Shown here: positions 1-13,334 of the stretch, in pieces
How positions within the stretch are numbered: position 1 is the stretch's first letter
How the letters are laid out: the number at the start of each line of letters is the position of its first letter
Origin: Octopus sinensis
Lineage: Eukaryota
DNA length: 64,000 nucleotides
Reading direction: 5' to 3'
NCBI RefSeq assembly: GCF_006345805.1
Contig: NC_043002.1
Coordinates: 16,244,001 to 16,308,000, forward strand
Translations under genes and position numbers: made by a program
The notes under the pieces: generated by a model
The model's database searches: none
What the model was told of the DNA's origin: nothing
The model's input: the letters and a program-made list of their open reading frames with translations, nothing else

Positions 1-55
1 CCACTGTTCCCCTAGCACCCCCGATTACCTTTTCTCCTAAGACCTTTCACATATT

Positions 56-203
56 GTATGTGCACGCTTGTATATGTGTATCGTATGTATGTATATATGT
101 ATAGAAATGCATGGGTACAGTAGGATATACGCATGTATTATTGTGTTGTGTGTATGTATGCATGTAAAAAAATACATATATGTATATATGTTTGCATATA
201 TGA

Positions 204-237
<34 letters not shown>

Positions 238-947
238 GCTTGTATGTGTGTGTGTGTGTGTGTATATATGTATATGTGTTTGTATGTATATGTGTATATA
301 CGTGTAAATGTATGTGTTTTTGTATGTGTATGTATGTATAAAATATTATATAATTAGGGCTTAGTAAAATAAAATAAATTACTTTGCCACATACTAAACT
401 TTCTAGAAATAGCAGCCAATAAAGGTTTTTAGCCTCTTCCACTACTTAGAGAATTTTTTCCCTCTAACATTGTTTACTCAAAATAATAATGGTCCCTTTA
501 CATACTGAATTCTTGGTGAATTTGATTAATAACTAATAACTTCACCCTCCCTTGTTGATATATATATGTATGTATGTGTACATGTATGTATATATATGTG
601 TGTGGTTGTGAATGTGTGTATGTATGTATTTGTACATGTGTGTGTGTATATGTATGTGCGCGCGTTGTGTGTATGTATGTCTATGTATATTTGTATATGT
701 ATGTGCATGTGTATGTATGTGTATATATATGTATATGTATGTATATATGTATTATATATATATGTATATATATGTGAATGTATATGTATGTATATATGTG
801 TGTGTATATGTGTATTATGTATGTATTTATATAGATATGTAATTTATATATATATATATGTATGTATATGCATCTGTCTGTGTGTGTGTATGTGTATATA
901 TGTGTATCATTATTGCGTATGTATACATGTATATGTGTATATGTATA

Positions 948-982
<35 letters not shown>

Positions 983-997
983 GTATATATGTGGGGG

Positions 998-1028
<31 letters not shown>

Positions 1029-1360
1029 GTGTATATGTGTATATATGTATATATATATATATATGTATGTATGTATGTATATGTATATATATATATATAT
1101 GTATGTATGTGTGTATGTATGTGTATGTATGTGTATATGTGTATATATGTATATATGTATATATATATGTATATATGTATATATATGTATATATATGTAT
1201 ATATATATATATATGTATATGTATATATATGTATATATGTATGTGTGTGTGTATATGTGTATATATGTATATGTATATGTGTATGTATGTGTGTATATAT
1301 ATATATATGTATGTATGTTGTATGTATGTATATATATGTATATGTATGTATATGTGTATG

Positions 1361-1409
<49 letters not shown>

Positions 1410-1519
1410 GTGTGTATGTATATGTGTATGTGTGTGTACATGTATATATATGTGTGTGTGTATATATATATATGTTTATATGTGAGTATGTAGAGATATA
1501 AGTATATGCATGTGTATAC

Positions 1520-1555
<36 letters not shown>

Positions 1556-2337
1556 GTATGGGTATGTGTATCCGTGTATATATGTATGTGTGTGTGTATG
1601 TATATGTATGTATGTGTGTATATATGTATGTGTATATGTGTATGTATGTGTATATATATATATATATATGTATGTATGTGTATGTGTATGTGTGTGTAGG
1701 TGTGCATGTATGTGTATGTGTATATGTGTATATATATGTTTGTGTATATATATGTATATATATATATGTGTATATATGTATATATATATATATATATATG
1801 TATATATGAGTGCGCGTGTGTGTATGTATGCATATATGTATGTATGCATGTATATGTGTATGTATATATGTGTGTAAGTGTGTGCATATATGTATATGTA
1901 AGTATGTGCGCGTGTATGAGTATGTATGTATGCTTGCACACGTGTATATATATGTGTGTGTGTGTATATATATGGATGCGCGTGCGTGCGTGCACGTGTA
2001 TGGGTACGCATGTGTATATGTGTATGTGCGTGTATGTGTATGTATGCATATATGTATGTATGCATGTATATGTGTATGTATATATGTGTGTAAGTGTGTG
2101 CATATATGTATATGTAAGTATGTGTGCGTGTATGAGTATGTATGTATGCTTACACACGTGTATATATGTGTGTGTGTGTGTATATATATGGATGCATGTG
2201 CGTGTGTGCACGTGTATGGGTACGCATGTATATGTGTATGTGCGTGTATGCGTATACGTGTATGTATGTATGTGTGGCGTATATTTGTATATGTATGTGT
2301 GAGTGTGTATATAATATATTATATATATATATAATAT

Positions 2338-2373
<36 letters not shown>

Positions 2374-2593
2374 GATGGGGGTGTATGTATGCGTATAAAT
2401 GCATGTAAGTATGGATGTATGGATGTATGTATGTATGTTTACGTATGTATGTGTTTGTGTGTATATGTATGTAGGTGTGTGTATGTATGTGTGTATATAT
2501 GTATATATATATATGTGTGTATATATGTTTGTGTATGTATATATATGTGTATGTATGTGTGTGTATATATATATGTGTGTGTGTGTATGTATG

Positions 2594-2639
<46 letters not shown>

Positions 2640-2740
2640 ATATATATATATATATGTATATGTATGTGTGTGTATATGTATATATATATGGGTATGTATC
2701 TGTATGTAGGAGTATATATATATGTGTGTGTGTGTGTGTA

Positions 2741-2795
<55 letters not shown>

Positions 2796-3115
2796 TTATT
2801 GGTGTATATATATAGACTAGCCTCCTAAAGTGTAGACATGAATCTGTAGGTACGAGTACGTATGTGTATATACGTGAACGTTTGTAGATGTTTGTACGTA
2901 TGAATATAACGCGTGCGTACGTGTATGTGTATGAGTGTACGAATGGGTGTATGTACGTGCTAATGAGTGTGCGTGCGGGAACGAGTACTTGCCTTCTAGT
3001 AGACAGACAATTGGACATGCTGCCATCGCCAGGATCCTTAGCCCTAGCGATCAAAGATAACAAAAGTAATAAATGAAGATAATAAAATTAAAATTAGGGA
3101 ATGGGCCTGTATTTG

Positions 3116-3169
<54 letters not shown>

Positions 3170-3250
3170 GTGTATGTGTAGGTATGTATAGGCACACATG
3201 TGTACGTATGTGGGTGTGTATGTATATGTGTTTATGTATGTATGTGCACA
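56..3250. repeat. Compound (TA)n/(TG)n/(TATG)n low-complexity array with short unique islands
   Basis: Almost continuous alternating purine-pyrimidine dinucleotides. The Y/I/H/T/C/V/M-rich ORFs here are translation artefacts. Confidence 0.97.
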
Positions 3251-3308
3251 CATTTTATTTTTATTTTTATTTTATTTTTTTTTATTTTTTTTTTTATTTT
3301 ATTTTTTA

Positions 3309-3365
<57 letters not shown>

Positions 3366-3534
3366 ATTTTTTATTATTTTTTTATTTATCTATTCTTTCA
3401 TCTAACTTACCACTGACTCCTTGACCACTCCCCCAAGTATGATATTTTGCGCTCTGCCTACCCCCAAAAAAGTCCCCCACCACCACTCCTTTAAACCTGC
3501 CAAATGTATAAATGCTAATACAATTCTTGTTAAT

Positions 3535-3585
3535 AGCTTCCTGAAGATTTCTCTTGAATGAAACAGTACTAGTCCTGTAGAAGCT
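3535..3585 (+). ncRNA. Type I hammerhead ribozyme motif
   Basis: Stem I AGCTTC(3535-40)/GAAGCT(3580-85); core CTGAAGA(3541-47); stem II TTTC-TCTT-GAAT; core GAA-A; stem III ACAG(3563-66)/CTGT(3575-78); cleavage triplet GUA ending at 3579. The only defect is a U-U at position 10.1/11.1. Confidence 0.75.
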
Positions 3586-3599
3586 CCTTCTATATAATA

Positions 3600-3635
<36 letters not shown>

Positions 3636-3669
3636 ATATATATATATATATAATATATATATATATATA

Positions 3670-4606
3670 CATATAATATGTATTCGTTGTTTCACATGAA
3701 ATGCCACATCTTTTATTATTTGTTATTTTAGACATTGAAGACTCAATTCTGGATACTTTGCATTTAAACTTGACTCTTTTTCCTTCGCAACAATATTATT
3801 ATGAAAATGATAACAACCAATCTATGTTGAGTGATTTTCTCGTATGAGTACAAACTGGGTCACTCTGTAGCAGAAGCTCTACGGAATGTCAGTTGAGCCG
3901 TAGGTAATGGTTTTGTAGTCATCAGCACTGATCAGTGATAGTTCCAAAGCTCTCGTTCAATACATGATAGCCTTGAAAACAAACCAAGGGTTAGGCCAAA
4001 TTCAGTTAATTGGCAAGATGGATTAAATGCCTTGGTTTAACAAAATCCGAGTACAAAGATTCGACAACTTTCATCAGAACTGCAAACATATTGTACAACT
4101 TGTTTTTGGCTACCTGTAAAAAATTGAAGGAATCAAGAAAACGGATAGATTTGTTCCACATCAACTGAACGAGATTCAAAGAAGCAGATGCCTCGAAGTT
4201 TGCTCTTTCGTGTTCTCTCGACTGGAAAAGAATCACTTTCGCTTCAAATCGTTACTTCTGATGAGAAATGGATAGTGGTTAAAAGCAGGCGGCGAACAAA
4301 CCGTGATTAGATACAGGAGAGTCACCAAAACCACCATTGCACCCTAAAAACGTAGAGGTCACTCTCTTGGTCTGCAAAGGCAGTTATTCATTATTCATTT
4401 TGCAACAAAAAATTCTGTAAAAGCAACATCGTATTGCCAGGATATTGATGGAGTATATGACAAGAGAAACGATGGGTTAAACATCATAAATGAACACAGA
4501 TCATAATTTGATTAAATAAACAAGTTCTCCATCACTTGTGAAACATTCTATTGTTACATTTCAAATACGGCATTTCATGTGAAAAAACATAATTTTATAT
4601 ATGCAA
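3670..4606 (+). mobile_element. Degenerate, internally deleted mariner (DD34D-type) element
   Basis: Inverted repeat TTTCACATGAAATGCC (3690-3705) / GGCATTTCATGTGAAA (4569-4584). Broken translations resemble mariner transposase: YEYKLGHSVAEALRN, FVPHQLNEIQRSRCLEVCS, IVTSDEKWI, PLHPK. Confidence 0.8.
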
Positions 4607-4814
4607 CACTCCTGTCACAACCTGGGACATTGAAGACTGCTATAACGCGTGAAAGTATACTTGTCCCCTAATATTTTATATTCAACATTTCATCTATTCA
4701 ATAAGACAATTAATACTTCATTTCATTTTACTATATTATTTATACTATATATTCTATATTCTACATTAATATTATAAAGAATATAAATAAAACATAAAAA
4801 TTTGGTATTCTTTG

Positions 4815-4846
<32 letters not shown>

Positions 4847-4919
4847 TGATAAAAATGGTAGGACAACAAAAGAATGAAAGAGACCACGATATTATGTAAA
4901 TAGAGGAATTTATCTGTAA

Positions 4920-5220
4920 ATATGATATGTGACAATTATTCGGTAGACAGGAAAAAACTCCGAGTTTCAGATGTCTGCGACCCACGCCGGCATCTCTTCA
5001 GTTATCGGGTTATCGAAAATAATGCTATGAAAATGACCGTTATGAAAATGATTGTGTGATTAACGGTCAATAACACAGTAATTTCCCTTTGTTCTAACGG
5101 TCATTTTCATAACATTTTTTTCGATGGCCCGATAACTGACGAGATGCAAACGTGGGTTTCCGCCTCGACATCCGAAACTCAGAGCTTTATCATGGCTGCC
5201 GAATAATTGTCACATATTAT
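4920..5220. mobile_element. Fold-back MITE (~300 bp imperfect palindrome)
   Basis: Left arm ATATGTGACAATTATTCGG...GAAAATGACCGTTA matches the reverse complement of right arm TAACGGTCATTTTC...CCGAATAATTGTCACATAT over about 120 bp. Confidence 0.85.
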
Positions 5221-5222
5221 AT

Positions 5223-5299
<77 letters not shown>

Positions 5300-5785
5300 G
5301 AGTAAATAGATAAATAATTGTTGCGACGTAATGTCTCTCTGTTTCTATTAATCTTAATGTAGATTTTTATATTTTACTATTTATTTATTCTTTATTTATC
5401 CAATGACGTTACCAATAGTTGTATACAAAATAGCCTCTATTAGATTATATTTCAAGCAGATTTTTAATTATTATAATGCAGAATCCTTATATTAGTTTTC
5501 TATTTCATCACCCACTATCGTCACCAGCAGTTGAGCACAGAAATAAATTGTCTTAAGTATGCTTAATTTTTAATCTTATTTTCATAAAACATTTTGTTAT
5601 TCAATGACACCAGAATTAGGTACCTGAAAAAATGTCTTTGATTTAGGCGTTCTTTTCGTTAGCGATTAGAAATTGGTCACATTTCAGTTTGAATATCACT
5701 AATTTTGGATAGCCTCTATAACGTTATATTCACATATATGTTCGGGGATAGTATCATGAACTATATTTGTGTGTGTGTATGCATG

Positions 5786-5825
<40 letters not shown>

Positions 5826-8164
5826 TATATATATGCATATATATATACTTATACGAGTGTGTGCGTGTTTGTATATGTGTTAATGCAATAAAAAGAATTG
5901 TCGGCTTTATAAGGTGAGATCTACAATAAAGATAATGTTTTCTACATATTTTGGGGTTATATGTATATTTACATGTATTCTGATAATGTTTGTGCTTATT
6001 CTGAAAGTATTATTTAGAACCAGACGAACGAATATATATGCACAGAAGATTAATCATATGTATTATATTGTAGACGCTAATACACGATCACCTAATATAT
6101 CGTGTCTATTAATATATAACAAGGTTGCCACGTACACAGACACGCTCACACCCATAAATATTTGTACATAAGCGTAAATAAAATAAAATACATTCAATAT
6201 AATGCAAATATAAATCCTCAGTAGAATTTATACTTATAATATTGTGAATACGTCGAAATATTAGTCTCCAGAAATACAAATAAATTTAGGAAGAAGCACA
6301 CATAAAAATCACTTACGGAATAGTCCCAAAGGGGAAACAGATCTACACCTTAAATGAGAAAGTATAGACAAAAACTGAGATGTGATTGTGCTGATATATA
6401 GAGATATTACGGATAACTGTATTTAAGTGGTATGTGCGTGTATTGTTAAAAATTATATATACATGTATACGTGTGCTTGTGTGTGAGTGTGAGTGTAAGA
6501 TTGTGTATGTGAGTAAATGTATTTGTGTGTTTGTGTATGTGTGTGTCTGTGTGCTTGCGCTGATCTCATTTTTTAGAAATGATAAAGAAATATTCCTGAT
6601 ATGCAGTACGATGGAAATATTGGCTTTATGAATCATTTTATGGAAGCACGAAACAATTAACCATGGAAGACTATTTAGAATTAATACATATGAATGTAAA
6701 AGTTTTAGAGATTTCCCTTGAATCGTGTTTGCAATATATTTGCTTTCAATACAAATTACAGCTTTTAAATTTGAAATGGAAATGATCGAATTTATTTTTC
6801 GTATGCCATATGAAAATGGAAATTGAGATGTTATTGTTACTGTTTGGATATCGAAATGATTTTATTTTCTTCGCTAGTATTGTTCAGCGAAATTATCTTT
6901 GTTCCGGTGAATCTTATTATACGCTTCTGTAAAAGAATCAGTGTTTTTTTTTTAATTCACAGTATCGGTAAAGTGGATGAGTAAAACATTTCGACTTTTG
7001 CATATATCAATTTGTGTTACATAATTCATAATCTGTTGAAATGAGCTCAACGATATGTTGTCTCGTTCTCTCTGTGTTGGAAGAAGATAATGCTTGTGCA
7101 AACTAAGCGAACTTGCTATCAAATACTTATATTTAAACCATATACACAATATGACTGACAATCAGAGTATATCGTAAAATAACAATCCATTTATCGTAGT
7201 ATAATGTGTATTAATGCAACACCTAACAGAGACGAGGCTCGTTGTCCTAACATTTCTTCATTAATGAAAGCTTTTGCGAATTATATGCAATAAACTGAAT
7301 CCGCAAAGTTAGGCATTGCAAGCATTTTGTGCATGAAAATTTTACGATAAAATTTCTACAAAACCATGTCTTTACATAGTGAACGCAATAAGCAGAAACG
7401 CAGAATTAGCCTTCAAAGACAGAAACAAGAAGAGGAAAGAGAATTATGCACTATAGTATGTAAGATATTCTAAATTATAACCAGATAAAGGGCTGAAAAC
7501 TGGAAATATATGTCACAGGACTGTTGGATGACCGATATCAAAGTCCAAATTCAGTCATCATAAACAGAAGTGATTTCAATATTCATAAATTCAACAAGAT
7601 AGAAGAAAAACAAGATAATTAAGAATTATTTAAGGATTGCTCATTAAATCCGTTTCTGATTGATGAAGTCGAGCTGTATCTCTGACCGGTTCACATGTGA
7701 GCGTTGATAAGTCGTTTTTGATACGTATTCGTAAATAAAGCACGAACCACTTCAATGTATTTATATTTCAACACACTTTTCAGATCATTTAACTTACTTA
7801 ACGTGTGCTATACCCAAATTGCGCATACACACACACACAGATACATAGTGGCTTTGTTTAATTTGTTTTAAATGTGGCCATCCATGAATGTAACAATATC
7901 TGCTTCAAAACACGACTTTGCATCAAGATTTTTGTGAAAAGATATACGAAGGGATGCTGAAAAGTTTCTTGCATTTCGGTAAACGAAAATTAACAAGGGT
8001 CAGTTAAAAGTGATGTTATTTAGCGTTTCCTTTCTCAGGTTATTACAGTGGTTCTCTAGGACCTCACAGCCCCGTAAAAAATTTTGAACATTTGGACTCC
8101 AAATAGGCATTTCGCGATATACTTAAATGGAGGAAATTTTCAGACCACTCTCGAATATATATAT

Positions 8165-8288
8165 ACTTTACTTAAAGCAGCAGAAAATTCAACAAAACCT
8201 GTTACTCTGAGTTTCGCGTTGCCGTTCATCGGACAGTTTTTGAGTACACTTTTTTCCACCTTGTTTCACATTTATGTGTTTACACCGG
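8165..8288. mobile_element. Short relic of the 3' end of the same Penelope-like family as 47263-54044, internally inverted
   Basis: 8170-8240 matches 47343-47409 in the same orientation. 8240-8288 matches 53996-54043, the opposite orientation. Both ends abut (TA)n. Confidence 0.85.
8194..8240 (-). ncRNA. Hammerhead ribozyme motif (degenerate copy)
   Basis: Minus strand reads AAAACTGT-CCGATGA-ACG GCAA CGC-GAAA-CTC A GAG-TA-ACAGGTTTT. It carries U4C and an A-C mismatch closing stem II. Confidence 0.6.
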
Positions 8289-8748
8289 TATATATATATA
8301 TACATACATACATATATATATATATACATAGATATACATATCTATCTATCTATCAATATATATATATATATATATATATCGCCTTTCTGTCAACACCTCA
8401 AATGTAAAATTTCTTCCTAGAAGACGTCGGCTCCTATCATTCGACATTGAAATCAATTTTGAACAACCGAACTGCCACCTACGAAACAGCTTTTGGATGT
8501 GTAAAACACTTCAACCCCTTTAATTCTTGATATCATTTTTATGCTGTGTATGTTGGATCATTTCGTATGTAAACATATCTTTTTTTTGGTATTAAATGTA
8601 TTTAATATTTTTTGTCTATCTACCTGCCTGACATGTTTATCCTTATATCTACTCCTACACCCAATCAGGTTTAAAACTCTTGAATACTACTAATTGTATA
8701 CTACACGGAGAATATTTGATTCTCGTCAATGAACTTTATACATATATT

Positions 8749-9155
8749 GTGGCTGTGAGGTAACTAGCTTCCTTACCAACCACATGGTTGCGGGTTCACT
8801 CACAGTTCGTGGCACCTAAGTCAAATGTCTTCTACTACAGACTCGAGGCGACTAAAGCCTTGTAAGTGGATGTGATAGAAGGAAACTGAAAGAAGCCCGT
8901 CGTATATACATGTGTTTATATACATACATATCTATATATATGCATATGTTTGTGTGTCTGTTCTTGTTCCCCCAACATTGCTTGACAACCAGTACTGGTG
9001 TGTTTACGTTCCCGTTAGCGGTTCAGCAGCAGAGACCGCTAGAATAAGTACTAGACTTACACAGAATACATCTTGGTGTCGACTTGCTCGACTAAAGTGG
9101 TGCTCCAGCATAGCCGCAGTCAAATGGCTAAAACAAATAGAAGAATAAAAGAATA
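8749..9155 (+). mobile_element. tRNA-derived SINE, family A
   Basis: Head GTGGCTGTGAGGTAACTAGC, B-box-like GGGTTCACTC, internal microsatellite and A-rich tail. Homologous to copies at 10293, 33388 and 46965/54098. Confidence 0.85.
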
Positions 9156-9243
9156 TGTATATATGCACACATACAAATGCATATATATATATGCATACAT
9201 ACATATCTATATACATACATACATACACACACACACACATATA

Positions 9244-9298
<55 letters not shown>

Positions 9299-9339
9299 AT
9301 ATATATATATATCTATCTATCTATCTATATATATGTATA

Positions 9340-9422
<83 letters not shown>

Positions 9423-10292
9423 GATATATGTATATATATATATATATGTATATAATATATATATATATATATATTATATATTAAAAACAGACTAACCTCA
9501 ACAGAAAGTCATCCGGTTGTGCTATGCATTTTAATAATTTTTAGAAAATGAGTTCATTTTGTGGAAGAAGAATCATATAAATATTTGTAACTGGGAAGGA
9601 AATCTGTGAACATCTATCTGACCATTATGAATACATCTCATACGTATTAGCATGGTGCATATTCCCAATGTATAAGGTAATAGTTCTTCATTTCTATATA
9701 TTCGCACATCAATGTTGTGAGCGTTATGATTAAGTGTATCTTTCTACTCCTGTAATCTTGCCTGAAGCAATAATTCGTAAATGGAATTTTGGAAAAGCCT
9801 CTGGAGATACCTTACGTATTTTGTGAATCCGTGTCCGTGAGTATGTTAATTGCAAAGCCAATGTCAATATCGATGTTGCATATTTTGTACCTCTTTATGT
9901 ACCGCTATTTCATATTTCTAAACATTAATATCCATAAAGAAATACCTCATCCCAATATGTACTGGCTGAAGTTCAGTATCTGAAACGACTAAGTAACAAA
10001 ATATAAGACTGTAAATTGAAAATACATTGGAATTTTAAATTTCCAGTAATTTCTCGTGTTTTGTCTATTGATAATCACGGATGTTTTCAATGTTTTCTTT
10101 TCAGTAGTAATATACGTTGTGGCTTTACTTACTAGTTTTTTTTCCTTATTTTTAAGTTATGCATTATATAATGCACTTCTTATTTTTATACATAATCTAC
10201 ATCTGATATTTTATCATTGTCTCAAGATGCAGATACTTGTAGCGGTTTTGAATTTTTGAAGATGTAATCAATAATGGCATCAAATGTCATAA

Positions 10293-10695
10293 TACTCTTT
10301 TACTTGTTTCAGTCATTTCACTGTGGCCATGCTGGAGCACCGCCTTTAGTCGAGCAAATCGACCCCAGAACTTATTCTTTGTAAGCCTAGTACTTATTCT
10401 ATTTGTCTCTTTTGCCGAACGGCTAAGTTAGGGGGACGTAAACACACCAGCATCGGTTGTCAAGCGACGTTGGGGGGACAAACACAGACACACAAACATA
10501 TACACACACATACGTATAGATATATATACATATATATACGACGAGCTTCTTTCAGTTTCCGTCTACCAAATCCACTCAGAAGGCTTTTGTTGGACCGAGG
10601 CTATAGTAGAAGACACTTGCCGAATGTGCCACGCAGTGGGACTGAACCCGTAACCATGTGGGTTTCATGCAAGCTACGTACCACACAGCCACTCC
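10293..10695 (-). mobile_element. tRNA-derived SINE, family A
   Basis: Reverse complement of 33388-33787 throughout. Confidence 0.9.
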
Positions 10696-12362
10696 TACGC
10701 TTATATCTAAATATTACTGTTTTAAAATCGGTTTAATACGTAAGCGTAGGGTAAGATTCCTCAAAGACGCAACATTCAATTTATCAATTTCAGTACTTGA
10801 CTAGCTATCAACCCCAGAGGATTGAGAGAATAATATTGAACTCAAGTGCATGTATGATTTACTGAGCGATTAAAGTCACGCCAGATTATTCTCCATTTAG
10901 TCTTGGTTATAAGGTGTATATTGAAACATTAGTATTTGCATCTTATTCTACCTGCAGTATCTCTCCGATACGTGCGGATCAGCTTAGCTGTATTTGTGTA
11001 GATATCTGTACACACATATCTTGTGATTTGTAGAATTCTTTTCAATTGACATTCATTATATAGTATTTGATTTGAAGATTAGTAAAGATAAATGAATGAA
11101 CGCTTCACCATCAAGGTGAAAATTTCGTTTTCATTTGCAAAGTTAAAAAGAAACGATCAGTCATACTCTATTTGGAGGAGTGAGATAAGCGCAAGGACGA
11201 GTCTTTCAACTTATTGTGGGTCGAAACTTAATATAAGATTGTCTACGCACTCACCAACACTTAACGAATATTAAGTGAAATTAAGAATACAACCTGGTTT
11301 TCGTCGTAACAGTCAGAAACTTTTCTGAACATTCATAAAACACCTGCCGGATAACTGATAATAAAATTAAATAAAAGCAAGTGAGAGAAAGAAGTAGGAT
11401 CACACAACGCACCAGTTGTATCTTTTAATTCTGACGTATTATACGTTAGGCTGTATTTCTCACAAGAAAAAATAAGATATCAGATCACTGACTAGGTAAT
11501 AATGCTTTCTTATTTCAGTTACGTTTCCATAGAAGATTCGTGCAAGTAATTTTATTTCATGCGTTAACGTATTTACTTCTTACGAACCAAATAGGAGACT
11601 TTACCTGGTGGTGATATACGCCAGATATATTTTCCGGATCTCCTTTAAAACATAACATGAAGCAGAATAGCATACGAGATATTACTGCTGTAACCTGATA
11701 ATGGTAAACGAACGATTTTGGTGATCGATTTTGCATTGTCACAGCTATGTAAATAACAAGTTTGGTGACACTGACACACCAGTGTCCATATACTAATCCA
11801 AGATCCATTCCCAAACAAAGCTCTCCAGGATGCATTGCGTGAAGATATAATGCCGAAATAATTCTTAATTTTACTAAGATACTGTACAATCTACAACGTA
11901 TAACAGTCAGTTCGAGTATTTATGAGATGCGATAAAACTCTTAGAGGACAGTTTAACAATGAATGTAGGTGTTACTGCTACATGCCACCTGAACAAATGA
12001 CACCTTTATTAATCTTAGCATGAAAGCAGTTACAATGGATTATATCAAATAAATCAGTTACCATGATGACAATTAATTTTTCGCATGTCATTGAAACAGA
12101 ATCAAATAAATCCTCAAATTCGCCTGTGAGTAACAAATACAATCTTAATAAATTGTGGAGCACCATTCTACAATGCACCAGCAACAGAATGAATGAATGA
12201 AATATATTTATATGTTTATGTTAGCGGAAAAATCGGATTCCGTTGCTTTCGGTCGAAACCAACCGAAAACGGTTTAACATAGGTAACAGGAGTAACATGT
12301 AATTTCTGTGTACACTATTAATATACGTTTAGCTGCATGTGCGTGTATTAAGTTCACTAAAA

Positions 12363-12933
12363 TATTGGGTTGTCCGGAAAATTTGTGCCGATTTATAGTA
12401 GCTTATATTTCGACTTATTTTAGAACATGGCTGAGTACATAAAATAGGATTTGGCTACACCTCCATTTAGGGCAGAGTTTAAAGGATCTTTTCGTGGAAG
12501 AAGATTTATTTTACTATAACCTGTGTTAATTCTGTAAGCCTTTAAACTAGAAGATAAGAAAGTTCATTTTCGGCACTTGATGCTTTGGGAACCAGAAAAG
12601 AAATTGCTGCAGCTCGGCTGGGATGTGTTACCCCGCCCTCCGTATTCACCAGATATTACTCTTTCTGATTTCCACTTATTCAGGTCTCTGCAGAATTGTC
12701 TTAATGGTAAAAATATCAATTCCTTGGATGGCGCAAAAATATACCTTGATGAACCTTTTGCCACGAAACCATCCCAATTCTGGGAAGAGGGTATTTTGAA
12801 GTTAAGGGAAAGATGGAGATGCACTGTGCAACAAAATGTTTCATATTTGGCTGATTAAAACTGTAATGGCAAGTACTTATTGACGTTCTCCTTTCCTTTA
12901 AAAATCGGCACGAACTTTCCGGACGACTAAGTA
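12363..12933 (+). mobile_element. Non-autonomous mariner deletion derivative (567 bp between TA target duplications)
   Basis: TA + TTGGGTTGTCCGGAAAATTTGTGCCGATTT at the left end; AAATCGGCACGAACTTTCCGGACGACTAAG + TA at the right end. Transposase remnants lie inside. Confidence 0.92.
12550..12858 (+). pseudogene. Mariner transposase remnant: N-terminal ~15 aa fused in frame to the C-terminal ~90 aa
   Basis: EDKKVHFRHLMLWE joins directly to PEKKLLQLGWDVLPRPPYSPDITLSDFHLFRSLQN, the mariner PPYSPD-x-APSD-x-HLF motif. Confidence 0.85.
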
Positions 12934-13334
12934 TATTAGAATTGAAGTAATTTTATTTTGAATCATAAATTTAGAACATACCGTAATGCTGTGTTCAATC
13001 TTGTAAAACTTTAATAAAGTAATGCTTTAAATTAAATAAACTTATTTCGCATCTGAATAAATTGTATACTTGCTCACTGATTGGGTCCGCTATACATAAA
13101 ATTCCATATCTAAATTCTTTTTGTATCCAATTAGTAAATATTAATGATAATCAATATGAAAATCACGATGCATTTATCGACGAAACGTGATTATGGCAAT
13201 AAACTATACACGAGCGATAACTCAATGGTAGAACATATTAAAGATCCGATAATCACGGAAATAAATTCTTGGTTGTCACTTTCAGAATATTACCATCGGT
13301 TATAAATAGTACGTATGAAGACGTCTGAAAGCAC

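Noticed and set aside
47-3253. Long ORFs up to 717 aa rich in Y/I/H/T/C/V/M
   Set aside because: Translations of (TA)/(TG)/(CA) repeats, which lack stops in several frames.
340-3590. A phase-compatible minus-strand exon chain from the unique islands (e.g. 3411-3500 with donor gtaagt, 2996-3046 with a GC donor)
   Set aside because: No recognisable protein, weak acceptors, and the main island is better explained by the plus-strand hammerhead.
3731-4638. 13-bp direct repeat GACATTGAAGACT at 3731 and 4626
   Set aside because: One copy lies inside the mariner relic's TIR, so it is not a target duplication; probably chance.
11694-11753. GKRTILVIDFALSQL, like a kinase DFG region
   Set aside because: Bounded by stops, no splice sites, and no other kinase motifs nearby.
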